From assembly GCF_036321535.1 (NCBI RefSeq), contig NC_087437.1, positions 76,882,001 through 76,946,000 on the forward strand: a stretch of 64,000 nt of DNA. Reading direction: 5' to 3'. Source of the stretch: Camelus dromedarius (Eukaryota). The notes beneath the pieces are model-generated. The model was not told the DNA's origin, did not search any database, and saw only the letters and a list, made by a program, of their open reading frames with translations. Of the stretch, positions 38,421-53,100 are shown piece by piece (the stretch's first letter is position 1; each line of letters begins with the position of its first letter). Made by a program: the position numbers and the translations under genes.

Positions 38421-40519
38421 AAGATGAAAGTTTTTCCTTTCTTTGGCTCCTTTGTTGAGAATAAATTCCCAAAATGGGTCAAACAGTCATGAATATTTGT
38501 ATGGTTCTTGGTGTTGATTACTATAACTTTTGCAAAAACAATTTCTCATTTACATTTCTACTAGCAATATATGACTATACCATTTTCATCTCATAATTCC
38601 TCTCATTGAATAATGCTATTAATATAATTTTTCTTTGAATGAGTGACTGAAGACAAATTTGTCTTAATTTCTACTTCTTCGGTTTGTATAGTAAACAAGA
38701 TATGTTCAATTAGTTGTATTTCCCCTTAGGTGAATTGTCTGTTCCTCTCCTTTACCTAGTCACCACTTGTGCTGTCATCTATGCATGGGAGCTTATTCAG
38801 TAAGTAATCGTTTGTTGTGTGTTTATCACCATGCATTCGGCAGTTAAATAACAGTTTTGAGCTCAGAATAAAAATGCATAGAACACTTTCTTTGCCTTCT
38901 TGTCCAGAGAAACAGAAACAGTAACTAGAAGAAGATTAAAATAATGTGTATCAGTGCCATGAGAGAGAGATGTCTGGGTTGGTATGGAGGTATCTTGAGG
39001 GGTGCCTGACCCAGACTGAACAGTGGTGGGAGAGAGAAGCGAACAACATATGAGCTGGAAAAGGAAGGGTAACTGAGCTAGGAAAAGGTGGGTTGCAGGG
39101 AAGGTTGGGGCTGTGTCGAGAGTGAGGTGGGTCAGGTAGAAGTAATAGCTTGTGGAAGGCAGAGAGAGGAACAAGAGGTTCAGGTACAAAAATTATTTCA
39201 ATGAGATTAAGGCATTGAGTGGGAAAACAGAGAAAGACAAAAATAATAGATAAGTAGAGGTCAGATTACAAGGTTAGCTGTGTGGTACAATTTATTTCCT
39301 TGATAACTTCATGTCAGAAACTATTCTATTATATACAGAAACCACACTTATGCCTTATTTCCGTAGAATGGAGTTTGGTACAAGGCATTACATTTTCTGC
39401 CCATTTTGACCCATGTGAATGGAGACATCAATGAAATAAAGTGAAATTTTACTGCTCATGGCATAAATATGAACAAAAAATTGAAGCTAGATTATATTCT
39501 ATTCCATTTATGTTCCAAACTTTTTTTTTCAAAACTCAATGAGTTTGTTCCGTGATTTTTTTTAAATGTTTTAAGATTGATTGCCAACATACTTCATAGT
39601 TTCACAGATTTTTTGATAAGCTAATACAAATTTGGAAATATGGGATTAATAATATAGAACATTAAAGACCCTATTCATGAAGTCAGAATTTACAAAAATG
39701 AATATGAAATTTGAAATAAACAGCAAATGAACTGATAGTTTCTTAATCTCATACTTCGGATATTCCTTTATTTTCTTCTAGGAAGTAATAAACACATAAT
39801 TTTTAGACTGTGATTATTTACCACGAAGTTTGTGAGATGCCAAACATGCTGCCAGTGAATGAAAAAAAAAAAAGAAATAAAACCAAAAAACAAAGCCCCC
39901 AAACCTCAAATTCTACTCTCTGGTCAGCACAGGAGAATTAGTTGTTATTTCCTATATAATGGGCACATTTGCTTAGATTGGGTTTAATTTTGTTCAAACT
40001 CACCACTGATAGCAAAGTCATCAATTTTACCTGGAACATACAGTTTATAAAGTTGAAAAGAGCAATAAAATACCCAGCATTTAAATAGAAAACAATGTTT
40101 TAGGATCTTTGATGGCATTGCATCATCTTTTAAATTTGTAACATAAAGCCAAATACTTTAAATAGAAAAGTGTATTTCTGCATTACTGCAAACCATATTT
40201 TTTGTGGGAATAAGTTTGGCAACATTTGTTTAGTTCATAATTTCTACTGAATAGCAATGAATTTGACAGCAAATTCCTATTAACTTATTTGTCATGCATC
40301 CTTCATGTATGGTCTTTAAAGTGTTTGCAGAAGCTATTTTTTACCTCAGTAACGTTGACTGATAGACAATCCAATCCCATTCATACTCTTAGATTGAAGC
40401 ATATAAGTGAAAACAAATTATTCACTGTAAAAACAGAGGCTAAAAACTAACAAAATATAATTAGTCATGCAAATAAATTAAAACAGTGTAGCCTAAATAA
40501 ATATTTAGAAACAATGTGA

Positions 40520-40950
40520 GGACCTAATGATCATCATTCTAAGTGAAGTAAGCCAGAAAGAGAAAGAAAAATACCATATGAGATCGCTCATATGTTGAAT
40601 CTAAAAAAAGAAAAAAAGGGGACACTAATGAACTCATCTACAAGACAGAAACAGACTTGCAGACATAGTAAACAATCTTATGGTTACGGAGGGCAAGTGG
40701 GTGGGAAGGGGTAAAGTTGGGAGTTTGAGATTTGCAAATGTTAGCCACTATATATAAAAGTAAATTTAAAAAATAGATTTTTTTCTGTATAGCACAGGGA
40801 ACTATATTCAATATCTTGTAATAACCTTTAATGAAAAAGAATATGAAAACCAATATATGTATATGTGTGTGTATATATATATGCATGACTGGGACATTGT
40901 ACTGTACACCAGAAATTGACACATTGTAACTGACTATACTTCAATTTTAA
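40520..40950 (+). mobile_element. Young lineage-specific L1 3' end
   Basis: cattctaagtgaagtaagccagaaagagaaagaaaaataccatatg...gtaactgactatacttcaatt; TSD-like aaa(c/a)aatgtga at 40509-40519 and 40951-40961. Confidence 0.9.
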
Positions 40951-41199
40951 AAAAAATGTGAAAATCACCTATACTTTGCCTAAAAATAATGCATGTGACC
41001 ACATTATATGTGGAAGGACAGGAGTTAGAAACCAATGGCATATACTGATAGATGCTGCATTGTTATGCATACAGGTGAGTTGTAACCTTAGGTTCTTTCA
41101 AATCTCTATAAATGTTCCAGTTTAATGAATCAATGGAAGTCTCACTAGAATTGATGAATTGATGAATACTAGAATTCAAGTCATGAAAGTATTATCTAA

Positions 41200-42700
41200 G
41201 TGTCCTTGAGCAAGTATTTCTTAGTTTCCTCTGTATGTTAAGTACTCTTTTAGGTGCAAAGGATACAGAAACAAACATAATGGACAAAAACCTTGCCAGA
41301 GAGGGCTGTATTCTATTAAGGGAACAGGATAATAAGCAAATAAATAAAACAATAAATAAATAAGGTTATTTCAAACTGTGATAAGCACTTTTTAGTAAAT
41401 AAAGTAGTGTGATAGGATAGGAAGAATTTTAGATAGAATGACTTCTCTTAGAAGTTAACATTTACAATGAGTCTTGAAGATAAGCAAGAGCCAACAATAC
41501 CTATTATAAATCACAATGGAAAGGTCAAGTAGACAAATGAATGTATTAGTGTTGTGCTGAGGGGAACAAAACAGAGCTATCAATTTTGTAGTGATAGTTT
41601 GTATATGGTGCTGTTTAAATCCATGGAAATATAATTACCCAAGAAGAAAATATTACTAGACTAGAAAACAGGGTTCATAACCAGTCCCTGAAGCACTCCA
41701 GTGTTTTGGGTAAGCATATTTTATGTAGTAAAATGCTAAAGGGCCACAAGGAAAAGTTAGGAGGGTATGAAGTCTTAACCCAAAGAGAGGGTAACTTCAT
41801 TAACTGTGTCGTCTGTAACAGAAATTTAAAACAATAACAGAAATATTTCCACTGGATTGGACAATAGGGAGGTATTAGTGATCATTAAGGTAATTTCAGT
41901 GGAGAAGTGAGGAAGAAAACCAAATCAGAGTAGTTTGAAGAGTAAATGGTAGATACAGATGGATTTACTACTTAGTCTATAGACAATATCTTTTAAAAAG
42001 GGCTTTGAAACAAAGAAAAATATGTTGGAGTGATAACCGGAAGAGGATATAGGCGTAAGAAAGAGTATACTCACAATGCAGAAGAGAAAGGAGATAAAGT
42101 CCTTGAGCAAATGAGAGGCAATAGGATCTAGTATCCAAGTGAAGGATTCAGTATTATATAGGGACAGCTCATATGAAATAGAAGGGAAAAAGATATGAAT
42201 GCATATTGGGCGATGGAGATATGAAGTAGTATTATGTAATTACTTCTCAGTGAATACGAATTGTTCTCATAGGTTGAAAAAGCACAATCTTTTGGTGGTT
42301 TGATATTACCTTCTTATCTTGAAGACTGGGAAAACAAGTTTGCTGGTGAAATGTAGAATAATGGCTAGGTACTGCTAAGTGCCCGCTTGCAGTCTGGGTT
42401 CAGGGATATAGAGTGAGTCTAGGCAATAGGTTCTGTTTTCTCCATTTGTGTTCATGTGTTGGGGTATGGGCATGGAATAGGTTGAATATGGGGTTTAATT
42501 TGTGTTATTTTTTCAGGTATATTCAAAGGGAGAACTGGGGGGTGTGATAAGTAAATTGAAAAGTATGATTATCATGATGGATCACTGATCTGTAGCTGAA
42601 TAAGGAAGAAAGTAAGGACATTGAGAGGGGCAAGAAAGCAGTTGGACAAATAGTTTGTAAATACTGGTGAAACTGAAGTTGGAGAACAAGTATTTAGAAC
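41200..42700 (-). mobile_element. Long degenerate L2 remnant
   Basis: L2-like blocks (taggtgcaaaggatacag; ccactggattggacaatagggaggt; tttcagtggagaagtgagg); boundaries uncertain. Confidence 0.55.
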
Positions 42701-44019
42701 CTGTAAAAATAGATGGTAGTTCTCAAAGAGAATGGAAATCAGAATGAAGTAAGAATGAAAATTTAGTTAAATGGTTACAAAAGAACAGTGTTTTCTATCA
42801 GAACCCCAAGCCCAGAGATGCACATAGAAGACAGTAAACAATATGAAGTCCTGAATACTTTTAAAAATTACCTCCAACTAAGAACCTAACAGATTGAAAT
42901 AACACATATCCTAATGAAACAGGATGGTAGGTTTACAAATTAGATTTTTATGTCTCTGTGATGACAAAGTAGGTCATTCTCAAACACAATTTTATAGACG
43001 AGACTATCTTACAGCAAAACTATAAAATGACAGAGGAAAAATATTTTTAAAAGACTGAATTTAAAAGAATATTTTGGCCTTAAACACTGAAATCTTTTCT
43101 TCATAAACTTACAACATACATGTTGTGACTCTCATAAATGAGTCAGAAGTTTTCTTCTTATTCCAAAGATATAATTGTCTTTATAGATAACTCAACCAAT
43201 CCTTTTTTTTTTAAAAATGTATGTTTACATTTAAAAACACTAAAAATATGGATTCTATTTGTAAAAGGAGAAGTCTGAAATAAGTGAATATTTTCACCCA
43301 CTATCTCTGAGATTCCTGGCTAATCGGTAATTGAGTTAGAAACTCCTTTGCTATGCTGTTGTACGTTTAGTGAATTCAGACTGCTTTTGTAAATATAAGA
43401 AGGCCTAAGTAAGATATACTTAGAAACATTAGACTGAATATATGATTGTATTTCTATTATCTGCTACATTCTTTAGAAGAAAGTAATAACAATATCCCTA
43501 ACGGAAAAGAGATCCAAATACTAAAATCCATTTCCCTATACCAATCACAAGAAGTAGAAGAAAATAGAGCTTTCAAATTTCAAGTAATATAGAAGTGTTC
43601 TAATATGAGACAAACATCAACCATAAGGACTTTTGTTATTAACCACAATGGCAAAGATGATTTTATTCTTTGTTACTTTGTAAAATATATTTGTGTGTGT
43701 ATGTGTGTATATGGTGTGTATGCACATAAATAAGATTATGTGTGCTTGGTATGGAGGAAAAGAGAGGAATGGTTGCAGATAAGTGGTTCTGTAATTTTTT
43801 GATCAATTTCTATGTTTGCATCAATCCACTGTGATTATTTGAATATGGCTGTCAGGAAAGTGTTATGCTTGAAACAGATTTCTCTGTGAAGAAACTGGGA
43901 GCTTTAAGACTCTGGATTCAATTAGAGAGGGTTTATCATGAAGAGTATTAATGAAGTAAGAAGCAAACTTTGTTGAACATGTTTACAGGATAGTAATTAT
44001 AATAATGGATTTGGATTTC

Positions 44020-45200
44020 AACTTTCCTTCTTTTCTAATATTAGCATTTAAAACTGTAATTTTCCATATCTGTACTCCTTTCATTACATCCTACATATTT
44101 TGTTGTTTCATTTTAATTATATTTTATTCAAAATACTTTCTAATTTATTTTGGCATTTCTTCTTTAACCTATGGTTACTTAGAGTATATTGATTAATTTC
44201 TAAGTATTTGGAGACTTCTCAGATAACTTATGGCTTTGGACTCCTGGTTTAATTCCCTTGCCATCACATTACATACTGTATAAAGTCTATTCTTTTGATC
44301 TGTATTAAAACATATATTTCGCATATAGTCTATTTTGATTACCATTCCATCTACACATGGAAAGAATACATATTCTACAGGTATTGAGTGTAATGTTCTC
44401 TGAATATCAATTAGATCAAGACAGTTGACAGTATTATTCAGATATTCTCTATTCTTACTGATACCTTTAAATAGTTATTTTATCAATTACTAAGAAAGTG
44501 TTAAAATATCTCATTAGATTGTAGGTGTGTCTTTTTTTTTTCTACTTCTAGTTCTACCAGTTTTTGTTATAAGTATCTTGAAGCTCTTTGATTAGGTGCA
44601 TACCGATTGAGGGTTGCTATGTCTTTCTGATGAGATTGACCCTTTTATTCTTAGAAAGTGCCCCCTCTTTATCTCTGATAATATTCTTTATTTTAAAATA
44701 GAAATTTACCCATCAGTAAAATCCATAACAACTTGCTTTCATTTGTAAGTCTATTTTGGTTTATTCAGTTTTCTCTTGACTATGGATCACATTTTCTTTT
44801 GTATGGCTAGTAAAATTTTATTGCATATTGGGCATTATGGATGATACGTTATACATACTGTATATTTTATTATCTTCCTTTGAAGAGCATTGATTTTGCT
44901 CTAGCAGGCAGTTAAATTAAAGGGCTATCACCCTGAACATGTGAAAGATTGGCTTCATGTGGATAAGTTTCGAATGGAAGGATAGCTTGTTTGATTTTGC
45001 TCTTAGTCTTCAGGATATCTTTAGTCCTGGGCTGGTATCTTTTCTCTTAAGGCTTTATCTGTTTGAAGCTTTAATGGAATGCCCAAGCTGCTCATGAAGG
45101 TCTTCTAACATAAAAAAATTGAAACTTCAAAACTCTGTCTCCTTTGTTGTGTACATCAGCTGAAATACATGCTCAAGGCTAACCAGTTGGTAAGTACAGG
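44020..45200 (-). mobile_element. Old L1M fragments (antisense)
   Basis: tgtaatgttctctgaatatcaattagatcaag...ttgaagctctttgattaggtgcata...ttgacccttttattcttagaaagtgccc is typical antisense L1 ORF2 5' region. Confidence 0.7.
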
Positions 45201-46159
45201 GTTGTGATTCACAGTCACTGTCCTTTATTTCAGATCCTACATAGTTAACTACTCCTCTAAATTGTTTCAAAGTAAATAGAAAAACACAAATGGTTTAAAA
45301 GAGGCCAGTGTTTATTAGACATGAATTTTAGAAAATTTCGCTTTATGGATGTATGGAAGTTCACAGAGGAAAGAGATTAGAAGAAAAGTTACTAAATTCT
45401 ATACATAACACTTTATAAAGGTATTTAAATTACCCAAAAGTTCATTGCTGTTTGTGGGTTTTATGGTACATAAGGAGACAAATAACGGAGTCTGGAAGGT
45501 GGAAAAAGATCAGGGCAGAAAATTCGTATGTCCTTAGATTTAACACCATAATGCAAGTGTCTTATAATTCCTTGCTATTATCCCTCCCTCTTCTCCCATC
45601 CCATTTTGTAAAATGCTACATAATATACATTAGGTAGGGAACATTCTAATTAGCCTCAATGACCAAAGATAAATTTTGCATTGTTAGCTATTTTCAGATT
45701 AAGTTTTGTTCTAATAACTGCTTCTTCCATCATCTTCCTCAGCCTCGGTGATCATACATAAAGTATGTATTTAGAGGCAGGTTATGTGTCAGTCACTACC
45801 TTTGGAGGCATTTTGTAAAAAAAAAAAAACTTCAATGGTGCTATTTTTGGACAGCACTGATATAGATCCCAGCTTTTTACACAGTAGGAATGGAACTTAA
45901 TGTGGCATGAAAAAGCCAAATAAAACATTTAAGAAGTGATGTTTTAAGTCATATACCTAGTTTGAGTCTACTCACATGATCCAGTGGGTCCCTGCTTCAG
46001 TTTAAATAACTGTAAAATGAATGTAGCATTTTATGTTTTGGGCATTATTATATTTATTGAGTTCCATCTTTGAAATATTCTTTTTAGAAGATTTTCTGGA
46101 TAACTGACTTTGTACTTTCCACTTCTTGAATAATGAAGTATCCCAGATGACATAAAATG

Positions 46160-46380
46160 AATATGGTTAAAGCAATTTTGGTTCAGAACAGACTGCCTAG
46201 GTTTGAATATTTTGATTCATCACTTCCCAGTTGTGTAGCTTTGTGTTAATTTTCTTACCTGTCTTCTTAAGTTTCTTCATCAAAATATTGGAAATAATTA
46301 GAGTGTTATCTTACGAAGTCCTTGTAAGGACTGAATGAGGTGATAAATGTAAAAAACATCAAACATTGTGAATGTCCTAA
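46160..46380 (+). mobile_element. MIR SINE
   Basis: tggttaaagc...cagactgcctaggtttgaat...ttgtaaggactgaatgaggtgataaatgtaaa. Confidence 0.65.
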
Positions 46381-46714
46381 TACTATAGGTTAAAATGCTT
46401 GCAATTTTCTGTGAAATTTACCTAGAGATGCTGAGTTTATTATAAATCTATTCATTATTCGATTACACTTTCACAGATTTTGTTGTTGGAAGTTTCTGGT
46501 TCTAGATCCATAAGATCTTATAATCATGTCAAAATATTTTTTATGTTTGTCTGAAATTTACCTTTTTCAGCAGGAGAGTCACTTATGAAGCTTTTATTAA
46601 TTTGAAATACCAATTTGAATGGAGAGAAGTCACTTTAGACCCATTTTGAAATAAATTGGGTTGAATAACTCAAATAATGTATTTTTCTGTCTTAAAGGGA
46701 AATGTTAATCTGCC

Positions 46715-47162
46715 TGTGTTCATTTCCTAGGGCTGCCATAACGTATTATCACAAACTTAGTGGCACAGAACAACAGAAATTCCTTTCCTCACAATTCAGG
46801 AGGCCAGAAATCTGAAATCAAGATGTCACCAGTTTGGTTCCTTCTGGAGAGACTTTTCCATGCCTCTCTCCTCGCTTCTGATGGTTGCTGGCAATCATTG
46901 GAATTCCCTGGCCTATAGATGAATAAATCCAATATTTTTCTCCACCTTCACATCATTTCCTCTTTGTAACCAATCTTCCTTTCATTTCTTTAATAAAGAT
47001 ACCAGTCACTGGATTGAGGGCCAACTCTAAATTCAGGATGATCTCATCTCAAGATCTTTAACTGAATTACATCTGCAAAGACACTATTTCCAAATAAAGT
47101 CACAGGTACTGGAGTTAGAGCTAGAATATAACTTTTTGGAAACCACTGTTCCACCCACTACA
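46715..47162 (-). mobile_element. MLT1C-like solo LTR
   Basis: TG...CA termini, perfect 5-bp TSD ctgcc (46710-46714, 47163-47167), ttacatctgcaaagacactatttccaaataaagtcaca. Confidence 0.9.
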
Positions 47163-47549
47163 CTGCCAAATGCTAGATTTGAGGAATTGTTATAAAAATA
47201 CGAATATTCTGGTGGCAGCATAATAATTGACTAGGCACCAAAGATACAGGAATTAAATGTAAATTGTCACTACTGCAGGTGAGTTGTAGAGAAAATAAAC
47301 TTTATGTATAAAATGATTTGCTATTCAATAGAGCATTTAATAGTACTCTAAATTATTTAGGCCAGGGAATTACACAGTGGGATAGGTGATGTTTTCCATG
47401 CAGGAGTCAAAATAGAAACATTCAAATTGAATTTATAAATAACATTTATTTCAACCTAATTCTTGATCTTATCATGGGAGCTTGTGTAAGAAACAATTCT
47501 CTATATTATGTACTGCATTTTGTATTATTTTAAATCAGCTTGCATACTT

Positions 47550-47790
47550 GTTTAATGAGCAGAATGTGGACCCTGCACTTCACCAGAATCGGGTTTGAAT
47601 CTCATATCACCACTGTTAGCTTTGTGATCCCAGGAAAGTAAATTGACCCGTTGGTGTCCTAGTTTCCTCATCTGCAAAACGAGTGTGATAATGCCAATTT
47701 CCCAGGTGATTCTAACTTGCTATTTGAACAAGATTGAGAAATTGTATCAAGGGGGCCTGATACAGAAATGCTCATTAATGTGAAATTCTT
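47550..47790 (+). mobile_element. MIR SINE
   Basis: gggtttgaatctc...agtttcctcatctgcaaaac core. Confidence 0.7.
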
Positions 47791-47992
47791 TCCTGCACTT
47801 GGTTGTTCAAGTGGTGCCCAATCTGATCAGGCATTAAACTAAACTAAACTAATGAAAAGCAAAAGGCATTTTTAATCGATATTTTTCATATTTTCTCTGT
47901 CCAGTGCCACTTGGAATAGTTGATGGATGACTTCTCATTAATCTTACTAACATCTGTTTGTACATGTTAAATATAAGGATGCAACAAAGCAT

Positions 47993-48040
47993 TCTCTCTC
48001 TCTCTGACACACACACACACACATCCTCACACACACACAC
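47993..48040. repeat. (CT)n(CA)n compound microsatellite
   Basis: Read directly. Confidence 0.9.
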
Positions 48041-48974
48041 AAAATCTTAATTTTTCATGAGTTGGGTCACAACAAACTACAATCACATACTATCTATATA
48101 TACTATCTATATATGGTGATCGCTCTTATTGTAAAAACTGAAGTCCAATCCAGTTGCTGTACTTATGACAGTTGACTCCTACTGACATTTGTTTTGTTTG
48201 TTTTTATAAATGGGAAGCTCAGGCATCACCAGAATTATCATACCTGGACAACCTTAAGTTCTCGTAACAACTCTTGCCAAGTTGGTAGAAACATTTATGT
48301 ATGTTCCTTTTCAGTCCAGGCTGATGGTGCCTTGTGACAGTTAAGTTCTCAGGAGTGTGTAGAGACTGACTAGCTGCCAGAAAGACTTAGAAGGAGGCTT
48401 TTATGTTGGCGATTGCAGAAACTCAGGGTGTGGTCTTTACTATTTCAGGTGCAAAAACTTGATCTTGTTGGTGATCCAGAAATCAGGCTGAGGAATCATG
48501 ATTCATACTTGTTTACTCAAAAGAGATTGATGTGTATGAACAAAAAGACTAATTCACTGAGTAAATGGGCTATAGTGCTTTTTGATGAGAATTTTAATTG
48601 TAAGAAACTTAATCATATACATTTATTTATAGTTATGTGTAATAAGGAAATGAGAGACCTACACTTTCATATAATCATGTTTCTTTATAATTGTATGTGA
48701 ATTTATTTAAGAATATTCATGTTTATCAAACATTTTTATAACAGAAAACATTAAAGCTTCCAAGTGTTCAAACATGACTGGAACAGTGCTTTCCAAACTA
48801 TGAGCTTTAGTCCATAATGGATTGTAGAAACATTTTCCTGGATTGCAAAAAGCATATTTTCACAAGTTACCCCAATTTATTAATGAGAGAATTGAGGCAC
48901 AGAGATACTAAATAAAGTGTCTAAATCCATGTAGTTAGCCAGAGGAAGCTGAGTTTCCTGATTTGGTAGAGTTG

Positions 48975-49430
48975 GTTGCTTTGGCAGTTCTGGGTATTTT
49001 GTGATTCCATATAAATTTTAGGACTATTTGTTCTAGTTCTGTGAAAAATGTCCTGGGTAATTTGATAGGGATCTCATTAAATCTGTATATTGCTTTGGGT
49101 AGTATGGCCATTTTCATGATATTAATTCTTCCAATCCAAGGGCATATGATATCTTTCCATTTCTTTAAATCATCTTTAATTTCCTTAATCAGTGTTTTAC
49201 AGTTCTATGCATATAAGTTTTTCACCTCCTTGGTCAGGTTTACTCCTAATTACTTTATTTTTTTCATATGAGTTTAAAAGAGATTGTTTTTTACTTTCCT
49301 TTTCTGATATTTTATTTTTAGTGTAGAGAAATGCACCTGATTTCTGTATGATAATCTTGTATCCTGCTACCTTGCTGAATTCATTTATCAACTCAAGTCA
49401 TTTTCCTGTGGAGTCTTTAGGGTTTTCTGC
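48975..49430 (-). mobile_element. Internal L1 ORF2 fragment (RT C-terminal region), frameshifted
   Basis: [20 protein letters not shown] and [39 protein letters not shown] are characteristic L1 ORF2p segments. Confidence 0.93.
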
Positions 49431-50599
49431 ATGGAGTTTCTTTCTTCCTTTCTTCATTTCAATATTTATTTCCAACCTTTATGTCAGAAAAGTAAATTAT
49501 ATGAAGGCCTGTGTTTCAGGTTTTGATTTCAGGACAAAGAAAGTTTATCTTCACTGTTCTTTATAATTAGTATGTGTATGTGTGTGACAATGTGTGTTTC
49601 TGTAGGGAGTATGGCCTGACTTACAGATGTCCTCCTTTAGAGCTAAACCTCAGCTTTCAAAGCTTCTTTTATATACATTAATGAATAGGCATGAAAAATA
49701 CCTACATTACCCATACTCTTCTCATATATTCAGAATCTTAATGAAGAAATAAAAATGTTACAGTTGCTTCTAAGTTTTGAAAGACAGGAGGAAAATACTT
49801 CCTTATGATGAAATTAGAGAACTTTTTTCCAGTTAAACTTATGTAGGTAAGAGATATGGATGCATCCCCACAATCTGATAACTTTTGAGGTTCAGCATTT
49901 TTTGGCTCAATGAATTTGCTAAAATCTTACTACAATTATTATAGCATTCTTAATATATTCAAAATACCATTTGACATGGTGATAAATAAGAAACACGTCT
50001 CCCCATCCTGAAACTTGCACTAACAGGAGTGTTAAGGCCCAATATAATCTATCCCAATATATTATTTGTTTGTTTGTTTGTTTAAACCAAACAGATTGTA
50101 TCGTTTATGGAGTTAATTGCTGTGTCAAATTAAAGGTTTGGGCAATTTTAGATAAAATGATCAGGAAAACCTCCCTGAAGAAGTGACATTTAAACAGAAA
50201 CTTTAATTACTTGAAGGAACAAACCATGGTAGATCTGGGAATGAACACTCTAGAAGGAAGGTTCTGGAATAACCGGTATAAAGGCCTAAGCTGACTGTTT
50301 AGGACAGGGCAAGGTGAGCTCTAACAGCCGGGTCATGTGGGGCCTTGTAAGAAGTGTAAGTAAGGAGTTTATACTTTATTCTAAGTGTGATCAAAATCTG
50401 TAGATAATTTTGAACATGGAAATCACATATCTGATTTAAATTTTAAAGAGATCACTCTATGTGCTCCAAACAGAATAGATAAAAGGAGGCTATAGGCTAG
50501 TGCAGTTGTTCTAGCAAGGAATGTTATACGTGAGTTTGGAGGGGACAGTGGCGGTGGTAGGATTTTGGATATGTTATTAAGATAGACTATTTAGGACTT

Positions 50600-51775
50600 G
50601 CTCTGATTAAGGTAACATTTCTAATAAATGTGAAAGAATAGACTATGGAGGGAAGCAAACTGGATACCCTTCTCATTGACAAAAATAAATGTCAAATGAA
50701 TGAAAGAGCTAGATGTTAAAAAAAAAATCTGTAAACATATCATAGGGAAATATAGAAAAATATTCTTATATATTTGTGATTAGGAAAGCCTATCTTAATT
50801 AAGTCACAAAGATCAGAATCCCCTCAAAAAAAGACAAAAGTATTTGAGATTACATAAAATAAAACAAAGGAAAATATTCTGAATCTATGAAGATTACCTA
50901 TAAGTCAATTAAAGACACAATAAAAGAGTGGCCAAAACATATAAACAAGAGCTTCAGAGAAGAAATATGATCAAAGGATAAGAAAAATTCTCAACTTTAT
51001 CTCAAATCAGTGAAATACAAATTAGAACAAAAATTTATGAATCATTACAGTAATAGACGTTTGAAAAGTGGCTAATACCAGGTGTTAGTGAGAAGGTGGG
51101 TGAAGAAATACTTTCATACTTTGTAGATGTTCATAAATTGTGGATGGGAGGACACACTGGCATAATCTTATTGGAAGGCAACTTTGGCAGAGTCAATCAG
51201 AATTCAAAATGCTTTTTTGCTTTAACTGTAGGTATCTGCCATAGGTGTGTAGAAACATGCACAAGGGTATTTATTTCAGCATTAATAATAGCAGTGAAAA
51301 TCTGGAAACCTTAATGTCCAACAGAAGAGAACAGTAAACTGAATATGGCACATATATGCTACATAATGCTATGTAGTGGTTTAAAGGAGTAAGATACCTC
51401 TGTATGTACCTTCAAAGATCACTAAACCATTATTGAGGGAAAAACCCAAAACCAAACAAAACAAATTATAAAACAATTCTTGAAGCCTGACCCTATTTAT
51501 GTAAAAAAAAAAAAAAAAAGAAAAAAGAAATAAATAAGAAAAGAACTCTCACATAAGTATGTAATTAGGTAGTAGTATATTTTGTGTTTACATTTATGTA
51601 AATGCATAAAGTCTACACATATGTACATAAAATTGTTGACTTGTAGGGTGAGCAATGGATTTGGTGAGGGAGTGAAAAGGTAATTTTAGTTTTTGCTCTG
51701 TATAGTTTGTACTGTTATAAATGTTCTTTGAGTATGTACTCATGTATTCCTTATCTAATTAAAATTAAATTTTAT
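50600..51775 (+). mobile_element. Old L1ME-type 3' region
   Basis: ctggatacccttctca...ttggaaggcaactttggca...tatttatttcagcatt...aaatctggaaacc. Confidence 0.65.
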
Positions 51776-52209
51776 GTATTCTGATTAGTCAACTTGGCAA
51801 GTAATAAAAGCTCATCATTTTGACTGAATTATTTCCCAAATGAGACTATCTCATTTATGTATCTCATTCTTAAGTCTTAACTGAGTACATGGTTTCTATT
51901 CACCAATCAAATGTGTGTCTTCAAGCTCACCTGGCCCTCAGCCCTGCCAGGCAGTAGCCACCCAACTTTCTCCAGCCTTTGAGGAAGAATTCATAACCTA
52001 CATTCTCCCCAGTCTCCAAATTCCCCACTTTTCTCTTCCCCCTCCACGGATGACCTCTGCTCGGAATACAAAGAAAATACATTAATAGGCAGAAGTTTCT
52101 CATCTTCCTACTTCTACAAAATTTTCTTCATCATCACCATCCTTTCAGCCATTACGCTTTGTTATGAACCAAGTTATGCCTCCCCTCCTCCCCACTGCAA
52201 TTTTTTTTT

Positions 52210-52573
52210 AATTTCAAAGTTGAAATCCTAACCCCCAGTACCTCAGAATGTGACTTTATTTGGAGATAGGGTCTTGAAAAAGGTAATTATGGTGAAATGA
52301 GGTTGAATGGGTAGGTTCTAATCCAATATGAATGGTGTCCTTATAAGAAGAGGAGATCAGAACAGACACATACTGAGGAAAAGTTATGTGAAGGCAGAAG
52401 GAAAAGGACTGACATCTGCAAGCCAAGGAGAGAGACCTCAGAAGAAACCAACTCTGCTGACACCTTGATCTTGGACTTCTTGCCTCCAGAATTATGAGAA
52501 CAAAATATTTTATCTTGTTTAAGCCACCTACCCAGTCTGGTATTTGTAATGGCAGCCCTAGCAAGTCAATACA
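52210..52573 (+). mobile_element. MLT1A0-like LTR
   Basis: gttgaaatcctaacccccagtacctcagaatgtgactttatttggagatagggtc...ctgctgacaccttgatcttggactt...ggcagccctagcaagtcaataca. Confidence 0.9.
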
Positions 52574-52994
52574 CACTTACACTTGAGGAATTTTTCCCCC
52601 TCTCTAAATTAGTCCCTCCACTAGTGCTCTCTGTCCCATTTGTTCCTTTCTCCACATATCACCTTTCCCTTTTGTATTTTCTAAATCTCTTTTCTGTTGA
52701 TTTTCCCCTTCTAACTATAGATGCATTCATACATATATATGTATATATGTTCTGAGATTATACATACACTCATAGTTCCTGCCATTGAGAGAAAAGAAAA
52801 AATACTACCAAAAAACATATTTGACACTACATTTCCTTCTTTCTTACCCATTTTGATACTTCAGTCACCTTATTGAATTAGTAGCCTGCACTTTTTCTAT
52901 CAGCTTACTAATATTTCATTTCCTTTTCAACCTAACTCAGTCTGGATTATGCCCTCCCAACTACAGCTTTGACATTACCCACTCCAAGATGACT

Positions 52995-53100
52995 AGCTAT
53001 CCATTTTACAAATGAGGAAAGGGAGGCTTTATAAGGTTCACAGAGCTAGAAATAACCATGCCAGGTTTTGAACCTAACCAAACTCCAAAGCTTTGCCCTT
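52995..53100 (-). mobile_element. MIR SINE fragment
   Basis: ccattttacaaatgaggaaa...aaggttcacagagctag. Confidence 0.7.
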
